A stretch of 64,000 bases of DNA from an uncultured Nitrososphaeraceae archaeon (lineage in GTDB: Archaea; Thermoproteota; Nitrososphaeria; Nitrososphaerales; Nitrososphaeraceae): contig CAVSMN010000021.1 of NCBI GenBank assembly GCA_963729045.1, forward strand, positions 4,664 through 68,663, given 5' to 3'. The notes below the pieces were generated by a model, which was not told the origin of the DNA, made no database searches, and saw only the letters and a program-made list of their open reading frames with translations. The stretch's first letter is position 1; each line of letters opens with the position of its first letter. The position numbers were made by a program, and so were the translations under genes. Positions 46,187 through 57,421 of this stretch are shown piece by piece.

Positions 46187-47687
46187 ATGAGATGCGAGAA
46201 CCCTGTCATGAATCAGATACTCGATGCTTATAAACCGATGTGGTCGCTAAAACATGCCATTTCTCTAATGGGTTGGGACTTTGAAACTTATATGCCTAGA
46301 GAAGGGGCAGAAGAGAGGGGAGTGGCCGATTCTCAGCTTCACATGATGCATAAAGATCTTCTGCTAAAGAAAGATTTTAGTGGTCTTGTTGAGTCAGCGA
46401 AGAAACTGAGGAGCCTTAGTGACTTTGAGAAGGGAATTGTACCAGGTACTTGATAGGGAAATAACTAAGCAGGTCAAGATACCCAAAGAATTGACTGAAG
46501 CAGAATCTTTGGTAAGGATAAGGGGAAATATGGCATGGAGGGAAGCAAGGGCAAAATCTGCTTTTAAGATGTATGAACCGCACTTGAAGAAGATGATAGA
46601 AATAAAGAAGCAAATCGCTGCGAAGATAGGTTATGAAAAACATCCATATAATGCACTCTTAGATACATTCGAAGAGCAGCTTACCGTAAATGACTTGGAT
46701 AAAATATTCGATGCATTAACCCCTCGTATTCAAACGCTTCTGAAAAAACTCGTAGATTCAAATAGCCCGTTCTGCAAAACGAACAAACTTGCAAAATCAA
46801 AATATGATATCAATAAAGTGAATGAACTCAATCACGATATTTTGACTCTTCTGCAATACGACATGAAACGTTTCAGAATGGATATATCCACTCATCCTTT
46901 CACCGAGACTATGGGGCTAAACGATATCAGAATAACTACTCGGTATGAAGGGATTGATTTCAAAAAGTCGATATTTAGTACCATTCATGAAGCTGGTCAC
47001 GCATTGTACAATCTACAATGCGATCAATCATTGTCTTTTTCTCCCATTGAAGGAGGATCTTCACTTGGACTCCATGAATCTCAGTCAAGGTTTTGGGAGA
47101 ACATTGTGTGCAGAAGTATGCCTTTTGTTCAATTGATAAGTCCATTGATTAGAAAACAAATAGATTTCACAAACCAAACTACAGATGACGAATTATACCT
47201 TTATTTCAATAATGTCAAAGCTGACTATATACGAGTTGACGCCGATGAAGTTACTTACAATTTACATATAGCAATTAGGTATGAGATAGAGAAAAAAATA
47301 TTTGGAGATGAGCTCAATGTATCTGAGATTCCTGAATTCTGGAACGATAGAATGGAGCAGCTTCTTGGTGTGAGGCCAACTAAGGATTCAGAGGGAGTGC
47401 TTCAGGATACCCATTGGAGCAGCGGCCTTTTTGGGTATTTCCCAACTTACACTCTGGGAAATTTGGTTTCAGCAATAATTGCTTCAAAGATGCGAAAAGA
47501 TCTAGAAGACTCCGAGGAAGACATTAAGAGGGGTAATTTTGATCCTATCAGAAAATGGTTAAGATTAAAAATACATCAGTATGGATCTGCTTTTGCTCCC
47601 AAAGTACTTCTTGATAAGAACCTAAATGAAGGATATAACCCAGATTACTTTGTTAACTACCTTGAGACTAAATATCTTGGCTCCTGA
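46187..47687 (+). CDS. Carboxypeptidase M32 (Taq-like), frameshift near 46442
   Basis: HPF, DIRITTR, HEAGHALY, HESQSRFWEN, IRVDADE, GYFPTYTLG. Confidence 0.95.
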
Positions 47688-48049
47688 ACCATTGTCTGGA
47701 TGATATCTAGAATCCGACTCATTATCGGTTCAAATGAATTGCAATGTTTAAACATGTATCCGGATAGAAGATGCTAATTCAGCCTAGTTGGAATTGAGTT
47801 TGCAGGTTGAAGCAAAATTCCAATATTGGCTACCGTTCTCTGATACCAATTAATGGAAATAATACTAATCATTGTTAAACTCAGTTTTGACTGTTACGGG
47901 ATGGAACATGAAACTTGGAGCATTTCTTAGGATAATAGCGGATATTGTTGACAAGTTCCACAGGTTATCTTCTGTGGAAAATGATTGGATAAGTTCTTAT
48001 GTAATCATTCAAGAAATATCAAGAAGCTGAGTCAGGACTAGCATGTATA

Positions 48050-48399
48050 CCTTGTGGGTGAACCAAAGTTTGTCACAAGTCACAACTGTCCGTGTTGTAC
48101 CCGTCTCCAGATGGAGAATGACCCACCGTTACAGTCTCCACCACATTATTATTTTGGTCTACTACCGAAACTGAGCCCTAGAATTGATTCATCACATACG
48201 TATGCCCATTGTCCGCGTTAAAGACGACACCACTTGGACGGTTCCCAACCGTTATAGTTACTATGACCTCATCCTGAGCTAGAACTTTAACTAAATCAGC
48301 AAATGAAACCGCTAAAACAGCAAATACAAAAAAGGTTAGAAAACAAAAGATAATGAAGTCAAGATCGAAAATGAACTTATTGTATACACAAATCTTCAT
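48050..48399 (-). pseudogene. YVTN beta-propeller repeat protein remnant
   Basis: TITVGNRPSGVVFNADNGHTYVMNQF*GSVSVVD...VVETVTVGHSP. Confidence 0.65.
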
Positions 48400-48577
48400 T
48401 TTGAACTGGCCACATAATAATGACTATTAATTTTACTTTTAGATGTTTCTTCTATATCACTTGATGTTGTTCTAATAGAATAAATTTGATTTCGTGGTCT
48501 GTGATCATCAAAAATATCAAAGTTATTTTGTTATAACCTGTAACCACGGAATGATAATATTCCAGGATTTCAAAACT

Positions 48578-48635
48578 GAGTTGCAAATTCTGTCAAATTT
48601 GTTTCATCTACTATCTTACCCGCATATTATGCGGG
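48578..48635 (+). repeat. Dispersed modular element, B-degenerate linker-hairpin
   Basis: GAGTTGCAAATTCTGTCAAATTTGTTTCATCTA-CTATCTTACCC, then inverted repeat CCCGCATA-T-TATGCGGG. Confidence 0.75.
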
Positions 48636-48868
48636 AATATATGTCAGATATTCTTTATTATATTCGTCATGATGTAAGGAACTTTATTATTTTCATATTA
48701 ACTGGAGATTAAATATATCTCTGGAAAATTAGAGATCACAAAAAGAAATATTTAATTGTTGGACAATCTCTCATGTTTAAGCTTTATTCTAAAATCTTAT
48801 CCAATCTAGTCAAATTACAAATCAGGCCAATAACTGTAAAATATTAGAACTCTGAATATTGAGTATCT

Positions 48869-49267
48869 GTGAATATTATGGATAGTCAAGGAAACGGAAA
48901 AAACAATATTAACAACAATAACACCAAAGATGAGCAAAACATGAACAACCCTAACCAGTTTAGATTGATTACGGATTGGTGGCAACAGAATTCGCCTATG
49001 GCTTGGGGTGAAATGTATAATGAATATATTGAATACATTACGTCCATGACTGAAATATACAAAGAGTACATTAAGCGCTCAGAAAAAATGACCGAATTGT
49101 ATAAAGAATTGGCAATAAATACCGAAAAAATGACTGACCTGTATAAAGAGTCTGTTAAGAGTACCGAAAGAATGAGTAATCAATGGCTAAATAAATTTCC
49201 TAATCCTCTATTTTCAAAAGAACAAAGACCAGAAAAACGGGTTAGTAAACTAAAAGATAAAAAATAA
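48869..49267 (+). CDS. Hypothetical helical protein with 14-aa internal repeats
   Basis: SMTEIYKE / KMTELYKE / KMTDLYKE. Confidence 0.6.
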   Translation: MNIMDSQGNGKNNINNNNTKDEQNMNNPNQFRLITDWWQQNSPMAWGEMYNEYIEYITSMTEIYKEYIKRSEKMTELYKELAINTEKMTDLYKESVKSTERMSNQWLNKFPNPLFSKEQRPEKRVSKLKDKK

Positions 49268-49303
49268 CTATGATTTGAAATTATTTACAAACAAACTTGA
49301 AAT

Positions 49304-49359
49304 ACTCATGTGGATATCCTTATGATTTCCACCGATCCAGATCTCTATGTTAGTATTGA
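49304..49359 (+). repeat. Dispersed modular element, A-linker-E
   Basis: ATGTGGATATCCTTATGATTT-CCACCGATCCA-GATCTCTATGTTAGTATTGA. Confidence 0.88.
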
Positions 49360-49649
49360 TCAGGATTTTATTGCAAATACTACAAATTCAAGGTGGGATA
49401 GTAGCGAACTAAGACATAAAATTTTTCTTGTCCTTTCTCATCATTCAGGTAAATATAACCACTTCTTGTTGAAGATGGGGGCCATATGGTCAAGTTCTCC
49501 GATTATCAACGAAAAATTTGGTGGTCGGTCTCATGGTCAAATGTTCAAATGTCGAATTAATGTCAATTACTAACGTCCAAGGCAAATTTTCAAAAGCCCC
49601 GATTCAAACATGTCTTCTACCCTATCCGATATCGTTACTTCGCCTGTAT

Positions 49650-50176
49650 CTATCTCCAATGCCACATAAGAAATGTACCTGTGCCATTTTTGTCGACTTG
49701 ATCCTTGTAGATTCCTGCTGAATTGCTCGGAAATGAGAGTTCACCTGTAGCACCATCATCAAAAATTGCTATTCCGTTGCTATCAAAACTACCATCTGGG
49801 TTATAATTGCCAATCGCATAAAACTTATAAGTTGCTATATCTTTATCATCAGTAACATATTTTGATTTTCCTTGGATGTAGGATGTGTCATTGTTTCTGA
49901 AAGTCTCAGTGCCATTTCCAGCTGCAGTTATGTTTAATGTACCATTAATTAATCCCTCGCCTGTGAAACTTGCGGTAATACTGTTGTCTGTAGTTTTCGG
50001 CTTCCCTGCGGTAGTCTCATAATGTTCAACAAGAAATGGGTTTCCCAAATTCAAAATTGAGATGTGTTGGTGTTATCAATGGCCTGGGTGTATTGTGTGA
50101 TGGCGGCCATAGAAGAGAGGGTTACAAATCCAATAATCAATGCTAAAGCACTATTGTTTTTGATTCTGAATTTCAT
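49650..50176 (-). CDS. Secreted beta-rich protein (ends FLMWHWR), frameshift near 50055
   Basis: Signal peptide from ATG 50176 is out of frame with ORF 49650-50054; paralog of 28848-29435. Confidence 0.75.
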
Positions 50177-50541
50177 ATCAATCTTTTTGATATAGTAGAT
50201 TAATAAGTTTGCGTCGTATTTCAAGGAGGAATGCTGAAAATAATATTGATTATAAATTGGTAAATATTCCTTACTCTGTTGTTTGATGATTCTTTTGACA
50301 AAATCATGTTCAATATTCTAGTAACTAACTAAATCATTCAGATTATAACAATTGAGAATCTATTTAACAACAAGAAATGGACTACAGAAATTTCCAGGCA
50401 ATCAAACTTTAATCGCGGCTTATTTTCATATCTATAGATTTTTTCTTATATTACAAAAACATGTCATATTTGTTACACTTACCCATGAAGCCATCTAGGG
50501 TAACTAATCTCAGGTATCTTGAGTAGGCTATCTGCCCAATG

Positions 50542-52095
50542 TCAGTCACTATGTCTCTTCGATATTTTCATTCTTATACCATTTTTTGGTCTGAGTGTTA
50601 CTAGTGACTGTATTTTTATATTTACACTATCTTTCTCTTCAAGTGTAATCTTCCAATTATTGACAACATTTGCTAACACGATAATACCTTCAATCCAAGC
50701 TAATGGTTCTCCTATGCATGATCTAGGACCGCCACCAAAAGGAAAGTAGCAAAATCGTGGCATTGATGTTTTAAATTCTAAAGACCATCTTTCAGGAATA
50801 AACTTTTCAGGATCTGAAAAATACCTGACATCATGATGCATTAGATATTGACTCATTATAATAACTGAGCCAGAAGGTATGGAATACTTTTCATTTAGAG
50901 AGTAATCCTGTATAGTCTGACGACCTATAGCCCAAGAAGGAGGGTAGAGTCTCATTGACTCCATCAAAACTTTTTCTGTATATTTTAATCTTGTTAAATC
51001 ATCAACGGTGATAATTTTTCTGTTGCCCTCATCATCCTCTTTCTCCTTAAGTATGGTGTAAATTTCATCCAGAATTTTAGATTCAATCTTAGGATTACAA
51101 GATAATAGATACAAAGTCCATGTCAACGCATTAGCAGTCGTCTCATGCCCTGCTAAAAATATCGTCATTACTTCATCTCTAAGCTGTTTATCAGTCATTT
51201 TTGAAGTAGCTTTCTCTTGTTCTTTACCTTTCTCGAATAATAATTGTTCGTCATTATCATTTACTTTTTTATCTGTTGAACCGATAAGAACAGAAAGAAT
51301 ATTTAATTCGTTTTCATATTTTTGGAAATTCTTTTGTTGTCCTAATTGAGTACCATTAGTTTTAGATTCATTTATTTTCTTGTTTTCATCAACAGGTGTT
51401 TTTTGACGTTGCAGATCAATTTTACTATAAATTGTATTATCTAGTTCTTTTAAAGCCTCTTTATATTCCAAGGTTAAGGGTATAGGGAGTCTTTCAATAA
51501 ATCTTAAAAATGGAAGTCTGAGTTTGTTAATATACTCTATAATTAGTGTAATATGATCACTAATTTTATCGATCTCATTTAATGTTATTGCATTTTTTCC
51601 AAATAGTAGTTTACTAATTATAGAGAGTGTTAATTTAGTCATTTCTTTATGGATATTTACTATCATTCCTTCTCTCCAGTTTGTATTTGTATATTCAATA
51701 CAATGTTCTGTTATTATGTTTCCAAATGTCCTTACCTTGTCTTTGGTAAATGCTTGCTGGACCATTCTCCTTTGCTTTGAGTGACTTTCTCCCTCATTTG
51801 TTATTAACCCATTACCAATTACTCGTTTTGCTAACTGCAATCCTGGACTTTTAACAAAATTTTGATTATGTTTTACTAGAATATTCTCAATTAGATATGG
51901 GTCATTTATGAGATATACATGTAACTTTGGTCCAAATTTAAAATGAGAAATATCGCCGTACCTAGTGGTGATTTCTTTTAGTATTGGTAAAGGATTTGAT
52001 ATGAATTTAAAAGCCAACCTGTAAGGAAATATCTCACGTGGTCCTGGTGGATATACATGATCTGCATTTTTATTAGAAATTGACTTCACTTTCAT
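50542..52095 (-). CDS. Cytochrome P450
   Basis: AGHETT I-helix, ESMR (ExxR), PERW, FPFGGGPRSCIG heme ligand. Confidence 0.97.
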   Translation of the reverse strand: MKVKSISNKNADHVYPPGPREIFPYRLAFKFISNPLPILKEITTRYGDISHFKFGPKLHVYLINDPYLIENILVKHNQNFVKSPGLQLAKRVIGNGLITNEGESHSKQRRMVQQAFTKDKVRTFGNIITEHCIEYTNTNWREGMIVNIHKEMTKLTLSIISKLLFGKNAITLNEIDKISDHITLIIEYINKLRLPFLRFIERLPIPLTLEYKEALKELDNTIYSKIDLQRQKTPVDENKKINESKTNGTQLGQQKNFQKYENELNILSVLIGSTDKKVNDNDEQLLFEKGKEQEKATSKMTDKQLRDEVMTIFLAGHETTANALTWTLYLLSCNPKIESKILDEIYTILKEKEDDEGNRKIITVDDLTRLKYTEKVLMESMRLYPPSWAIGRQTIQDYSLNEKYSIPSGSVIIMSQYLMHHDVRYFSDPEKFIPERWSLEFKTSMPRFCYFPFGGGPRSCIGEPLAWIEGIIVLANVVNNWKITLEEKDSVNIKIQSLVTLRPKNGIRMKISKRHSD

Positions 52096-52308
52096 GAATT
52101 CTATTTATGTTTCAACATGCCAATGTATAATTATTTTTACGTGATTTAGTTATTTTTTGTGAAATATTCATATTATTTGATAACTTTTCGCTGGCGCCAT
52201 TCGAGATTAATGGTATAAGGAGTTTCATTATATAGTTAGAAAGATGACGAAATATTCGCAGATCCGTAAATCATCTTCATCTAACCTCCCACTAACAAGT
52301 CCGTATTC

Positions 52309-52340
52309 CCACCGATTGCGCTACCTTATATAAGTAACGA
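52309..52340 (+). repeat. Dispersed modular element, linker-E
   Basis: CCACCGATTGC-GCTACCTTATATAAGTAACGA. Confidence 0.8.
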
Positions 52341-52552
52341 GATTTTATGAAAGGGTATCATTCACTTAGAATAATATTACTTTTAGATGCCCCTATAAAA
52401 TTTAAATCACCGTAATAACATTGCACTACCACAATCTAACCATTAAATCAATTTGAGGAATTAAGGTCCCAGAGCTTATTATGGTGAGAACAATTTGAAG
52501 AGTGATAGCAGCTTGCTCTATATACTAAATATAATATAATTTAGTTTGTCAA

Positions 52553-52946
52553 GTGGAAGAAATGAATTTGGAGGGTAATAGAGTAGTGATGATTTTTTTG
52601 GTAAGATCCGATATAAAAATGAGCAAAGGACAAATTGCAGGTAAAGTAGCAGATGTTACTCAATATGTTATAGAGGAATGCATACAGAGAAAATACATTA
52701 CATATACAACGTGGAAGAAATTCCATGGTTCTCAAAAAATTGTCTTAAGGGTAAATTCAGAAAATGAATTTCATGAATTACATTCAAAACTAATTGAGTT
52801 ATCTCATGAACTCAGTTTTCCAATCAAGATTGTAAAAGATGATCAAAAAATAAAGATAGTCTGAAAATATGCCCACAGTTTTAGTATTTGGACCCATAAA
52901 AAGAAGCAAGGTTGAACATATTGTTGCTGATTTAAAATTATTGTGA
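52553..52946 (+). CDS. Peptidyl-tRNA hydrolase 2 (PTH2)-like protein, divergent and frameshifted near 52860-52885
   Basis: VRSDIKMSKG, QKIVLRVNSE, and in other frames ENMPTV / FGPIKRSKVEHIVADLKLL*. Confidence 0.75.
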
Positions 52947-53110
52947 ATTGCTATAATAATAAATTATTACTCTCGTACGACGCAATGTGCTTAGATAGAT
53001 TTACCTATTCAATTATATTTTGTTATAGATTGATGACCTTCTTGTAATGGTTCCCTTGTATAACAAGGCCCAAGTCAAAATCTGTTTTTTAACCCATTGT
53101 TTGTTGCTCG

Positions 53111-53165
53111 ACTCATAGAGATATCCATATGATTTCCACCGAACACGATACCTATCCATGGTAGC
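53111..53165 (+). repeat. Dispersed modular element, A-linker-E
   Basis: ATAGAGATATCCATATGATTT-CCACCGAACAC-GATACCTATCCATGGTAGC. Confidence 0.88.
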
Positions 53166-53261
53166 TATTGGACATTCTTTTGTTGATAATGCAAACGAGA
53201 GTATTGATACGCTGAATTATGTTATGAATCTACTTATGACTATTCTTATAATTACTTAATA

Positions 53262-53792
53262 TTATTGAAGAGGATTTTCTATTTCATTTTTCGTATAGAT
53301 CTTAAACATTCTTTTGATTTCATCTCTCATTCCTTCCGGTACTTCATAATAGACTATTATCTGTAAGGAATTGTTTGGTAGACTGTGAGATTGAGAGCCA
53401 TGAGTTTTTCCTTTGAATTCTTTTATTAAATCAGATAGCGTCTCATAATGTGTTATGATCGTATCGGGTGACCCTTCTAGTATTTCCACAGAGTTATCCA
53501 TCGGCTGTTTGTTGTTTGAGTTAGGCCATGATTTTTTATAATTGTAATTATTCTTACTGCTATAATTATTCTGGAAATCATTTTTGTAAAGCGTGGGCTT
53601 TGACGAGATATTATTGTCAATTGTTCCTGCACCTGCCGATTTATTGCTATAGATTGCTCTGTTTGGACAAAAATGTTTCTTCTTTGTTAGAACCTCTGAA
53701 TATTCGCTATTTAGGGTATTCCAGTAAATTTTGGTGTTACAACCATAGACACAATATTTTGAATTAGTGTTGGAGACCTCGGATGAACTCAT
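53262..53792 (-). CDS. Hypothetical protein with N-terminal Cys/His motif
   Basis: CVYGCNTKIYW...KKHFCPN; C-terminal GKTHGSQSH...IIVYYEVPEG. Confidence 0.7.
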   Translation of the reverse strand: MSSSEVSNTNSKYCVYGCNTKIYWNTLNSEYSEVLTKKKHFCPNRAIYSNKSAGAGTIDNNISSKPTLYKNDFQNNYSSKNNYNYKKSWPNSNNKQPMDNSVEILEGSPDTIITHYETLSDLIKEFKGKTHGSQSHSLPNNSLQIIVYYEVPEGMRDEIKRMFKIYTKNEIENPLQ

Positions 53793-53999
53793 CTAAATAA
53801 TTATACTTTTTAGTTAATATATATTACGCTGTGTAACAATAGGTAATTTATCAAGATATTTTCATTATTGAAGTTACGGACTTTGACGAATTAATTACTA
53901 TTATGTTTCGTTAAGTCATTAATCATACTGAAGACCATTATTTTAATAACCCTCTCATGATCAATATGGAATGTTTTCTGTCTCAAATAAGTAAGACCT

Positions 54000-54174
54000 A
54001 CCTTCTGCAACAGGAACTGATGTCGTAGGTCACTACACGCAGATGGTATGGAAATCTACAACTGAGGTTGGTTGAGGGACCGCCAGCGGTGGGCCAGATG
54101 ACTCCAATGGGTGGGACATTCTAGTTTGTCGCTATAGCCCACCGGGCAACTACATGGGGCAAGCACCGTATTAG
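54000..54174 (+). pseudogene. CAP/SCP domain C-terminal fragment
   Basis: GHYTQMVWKSTTEVG*GTASGG...ILVCRYSPPGNYMGQAPY*. Confidence 0.85.
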
Positions 54175-55444
54175 GAGAGTTTTTCCTGTCACTATAAATA
54201 TCCCACTATCACTCTGTACCAAGATCACGAACGGAGTTGCTCCAAACAAAATAAGCAATGATTGATGAGAAGAGGTAAACAATCCTATATGCACACAACT
54301 ATTAGGATCAAACATCCTTTTTGGTTCGAATAAAGGTTGATCGAGAATATAATTATTCCTGTTGAAGATATACGATAATTAAGAGGATTGCAAATATTAT
54401 CAGAGAAACAAAAATAGTAGAATGCTCTTAATTTATATCGAGTTTATTTTGTAGAAAACTATGAAAGTAGATATTTAACTGAGCCAGGGTCCTAATTTTA
54501 TTTTGATGATTTTGTTCTATAATACCAACCCAATTAGATTAATATCATATCATCTGTTTTACTCTATTAGGATCATGGTTTTCTATTGTGCGATTGTAAT
54601 ATTTCCTACAGGTAGTGTACGATTAGAAAGTTCTAAAGGCGAATTAGATTCATGCACTAGGGGTTCACCCGGATCTGCAATTGCAAGTGGCTCTCCATTT
54701 ACGGCTGTTGGGTACAATGTGAAAATCCTAATATTGAAAAACTAACCATTATGACGGCTACCAAAAATACCTTAAGTACATCCATGTTCCTATAACTTTA
54801 GCACGAGTATTATAACATATATATTTCTTTATCTGTATGATTTCAATGTTGTCATTTGATATATCAATACCTAACCATTTAGTGAATGACGTGTTAGTAT
54901 AATTCATAACTTCAAAAAATAGAATTCATCTCAAATTTGCATACTTATGAATTTCATTGTATAACACTAGTTAACAATGTAATTATAAATTTTGTATGAC
55001 CTCATATATTTACATAAATTTTATCATAAATATGAAAGCCGTGACAAACTTGGTGATATTGCAGTTGCTACTTCAGTTAAATATCTCAAAAACAGATAAA
55101 TCGAATATACATGGAATAGATTTTTACTATTCAGGATTACATTTTCCAAGGATTGATGAAAGTACCTTGCTTTTGCTATGATCTCTTATCCACCAACAAA
55201 CTTGATCAAGTAGATGATTATCTAAATATGATTGACAACCTTTTGGATCAATTTGATATGATGATCAATAAAACAAAATAGAATTGCCAATTAATTAATA
55301 GAATGTTCTATTTGTTCTAATCTTTTATAATAGTCTTGACATAAAAAACTGATGTGGGATTCGCGATATTAAGCTCTAGTAAAAACCTGAGTTGATCTTG
55401 GCCTTCTAAATTCAAAATCCATTAATATTGTTATAATAGGCCCT

Positions 55445-55669
55445 TTGATGAATTCGAAAATCATTGCCACAATCGTAATTATTTCAATGTTTGCAGGCTT
55501 TGCAGCCTTAGTCGGCCAAATATCTCAACAGGCTTCTGCCGCTTCTATTCCTTGTGATAGCAAAGGGTCAAGTGGTCAAGGAGCTACACATTGTAACTTT
55601 GGAGATTGTAAGGTATTAATTACACCAAGTGATAAAATAAATAAATACTCAAATAGCAAATGCAGATAA
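55445..55669 (+). CDS. Small secreted Cys-containing peptide
   Basis: Signal peptide ending ASA; mature part of about 42 aa with 4 Cys. Confidence 0.6.
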   Translation: MMNSKIIATIVIISMFAGFAALVGQISQQASAASIPCDSKGSSGQGATHCNFGDCKVLITPSDKINKYSNSKCR

Positions 55670-55916
55670 TACCTACAATGATCAGCTATTGTATGTATAG
55701 CCTTTTTTTATTACACCAAAATTAAAATTGGGTTAAGAGTACATTATCAAGATATTTTATTATCGTTTTTGTGCCTGTAAATATGAGATTTCATTATTTG
55801 ACAATATGATAACAACAAAAGGTCAAAATAAAAATAAGTTTTGCTAGTAATAAAATCAAATATTCTCAGATTATCAATCCATTTACCGGACTGACTCCAG
55901 TTAGAAAAACCTATTA

Positions 55917-55997
55917 AACCCATGTGGATCTCCTAATGATTTCCACCGAACCCTTATACCATAGGAACTTAATCCCACTGAACCCGCTAGCTGTTTT
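55917..55997 (+). repeat. Dispersed modular element, A-linker-D-linker-(E)
   Basis: ATGTGGATCTCCTAATGATTT-CCACCGAACCC-TTATACCATAGGAACTTAATC-CCACTGAACCC-GCTAGCTGTTTT. Confidence 0.92.
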
Positions 55998-56020
55998 ACT
56001 ATTATTGAGTGATAGAAATG

Positions 56021-56051
56021 GGTCAAATTTGTTTTACATACCACCGAGCCT
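56021..56051 (+). repeat. Dispersed modular element, B-linker
   Basis: GGTCAAATTTGTTTTACATA-CCACCGAGCCT. Confidence 0.88.
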
Positions 56052-56363
56052 GTTATGTTATTGTTCCTTTTTCAGAACTTTATCCCAATAACCAGAGAAA
56101 GGTAGATTGATAGAAATAGAATACAGTGATCAATATTCAATGATCCTGTTTGCAATGCGGACATCCAAAACTTGAGAAAAATGCGTAGGAGGATTAAATA
56201 TGTTCATTGACATTGTGGATAATCTTCCTGGGAAACAGGTACAAAAATGCGTCAGGAGGTATGAGATGAGTCTATACTAATTATCAAGTTATATATAACG
56301 ATAATACATAGAATTGGGATTTATTACCAATATATTTAATAGGATCCATTACGATACTAAAGT

Positions 56364-56660
56364 ATGGTTTTTAAAGTTATTATCAGACACCCAAGTGAAG
56401 ATGATGATGAACACACTTATTATGGGATAGTTTTTCCCAACCGAGACATAGGGCAAATAAAGCGACTTGGATTTGATGCACCTGATAAACTGAAGGCTAC
56501 GTTTACTTTTGATTCGGATAAAGTAAAACCAGGAGAACATTTTCTAGCTATACTAGTACCAGTTAACGAAAGTGAAATTACGGAAAGCACTTGCGGCTTG
56601 CTTGCATGTAAGATGGGAACGAACTCAGATAAACCTATGCCAGAAGTAGTTGATTTCTAA
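56364..56660 (+). CDS. Hypothetical protein
   Basis: Clean 98-aa ORF with ATG start and AT-rich upstream region. Confidence 0.55.
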   Translation: MVFKVIIRHPSEDDDEHTYYGIVFPNRDIGQIKRLGFDAPDKLKATFTFDSDKVKPGEHFLAILVPVNESEITESTCGLLACKMGTNSDKPMPEVVDF

Positions 56661-56833
56661 ATATTTATTAGAAACAACAGAAAAATCCAGCCATTTGGTT
56701 TATCCTTTGAGTCAAACAAACTCTAAGAATTTTTAAACTCATCGATACTGAAATTAAATTCACTTTTCTGAGCCTTATCTTTTTCATCCATATGAAGAAA
56801 CTTGATTTAATAATTAGACTAATTTCAAGGAGT

Positions 56834-56890
56834 AACTCATGTGGAAATTCTCATGATATATACCGAACGTGCCACATGTTTTGGTAACGA
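56834..56890 (+). repeat. Dispersed modular element, A-linker-E
   Basis: ATGTGGAAATTCTCATGATAT-ATACCGAACGT-GCCACATGTTTTGGTAACGA. Confidence 0.85.
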
Positions 56891-56929
56891 TGTAATATAA
56901 TAGTCACTGGCACGACGGATTTAGAGATT

Positions 56930-57258
56930 GACGATGGACAGACCTGGGCAGACGAAGTGTGGTTGCCGAAAAGTAAGATTATCAAGATGCACCGTTCTAG
57001 ACTATGGGCTGGAACGGTGCTCCCGGTCATTATGCTAATAGGGTCTGGCGGACTACGATCGAGGTTGGTTGTGCGACTGCCCATAGTGATATACTGTGGT
57101 TCCCGTTTCTGGTGTTTCGCTACACCCCGACGGACAACATCTTTGGGCAGCCAGTGTATTGGAAAAGCCTTGTTCCAATCGCGGTAAGTATCTATCTATC
57201 ACTATCTGCCAAGACCCTGATAAAGTTGCTCCAAGCAACATATACCCTATTAAACTAA
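56930..57258 (+). pseudogene. CAP/SCP domain C-terminal fragment
   Basis: QTWADE...GHYANRVWRTTIEVGCATA...LVFRYTPTDNIFGQPVY. Confidence 0.75.
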
Positions 57259-57421
57259 GGATAGGTAGAATCTTAATCATCTCCATCTTTACCCTATTCC
57301 CCTACTTCCTCCGCTGTCCCCTTCCCCAGTAGTCGTATAAGGAGATACTATGGATTCACTGTTATAATATATGGTAACCATATTTTATCAGTTCAATCCA
57401 TTCTTTATATTCTCATAGGCA

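Noticed and set aside
47970-47992. Possible minus-strand degenerate A-linker copy (a similar weak case lies at ~6137-6160)
   Set aside because: Too many mismatches to call by eye. These need a PWM scan and would slightly weaken the strand-bias claim if real.
49310-49573. ORF beginning MDILMISTDP
   Set aside because: Its start is just a translation of the repeat element, and the rest has no protein-like features.
55917-56051. CRISPR array interpretation of the linker-arm repeats
   Set aside because: The repeat is only 11 nt, there are at most two or three units per locus, spacers recur across loci, and no cas genes are present.
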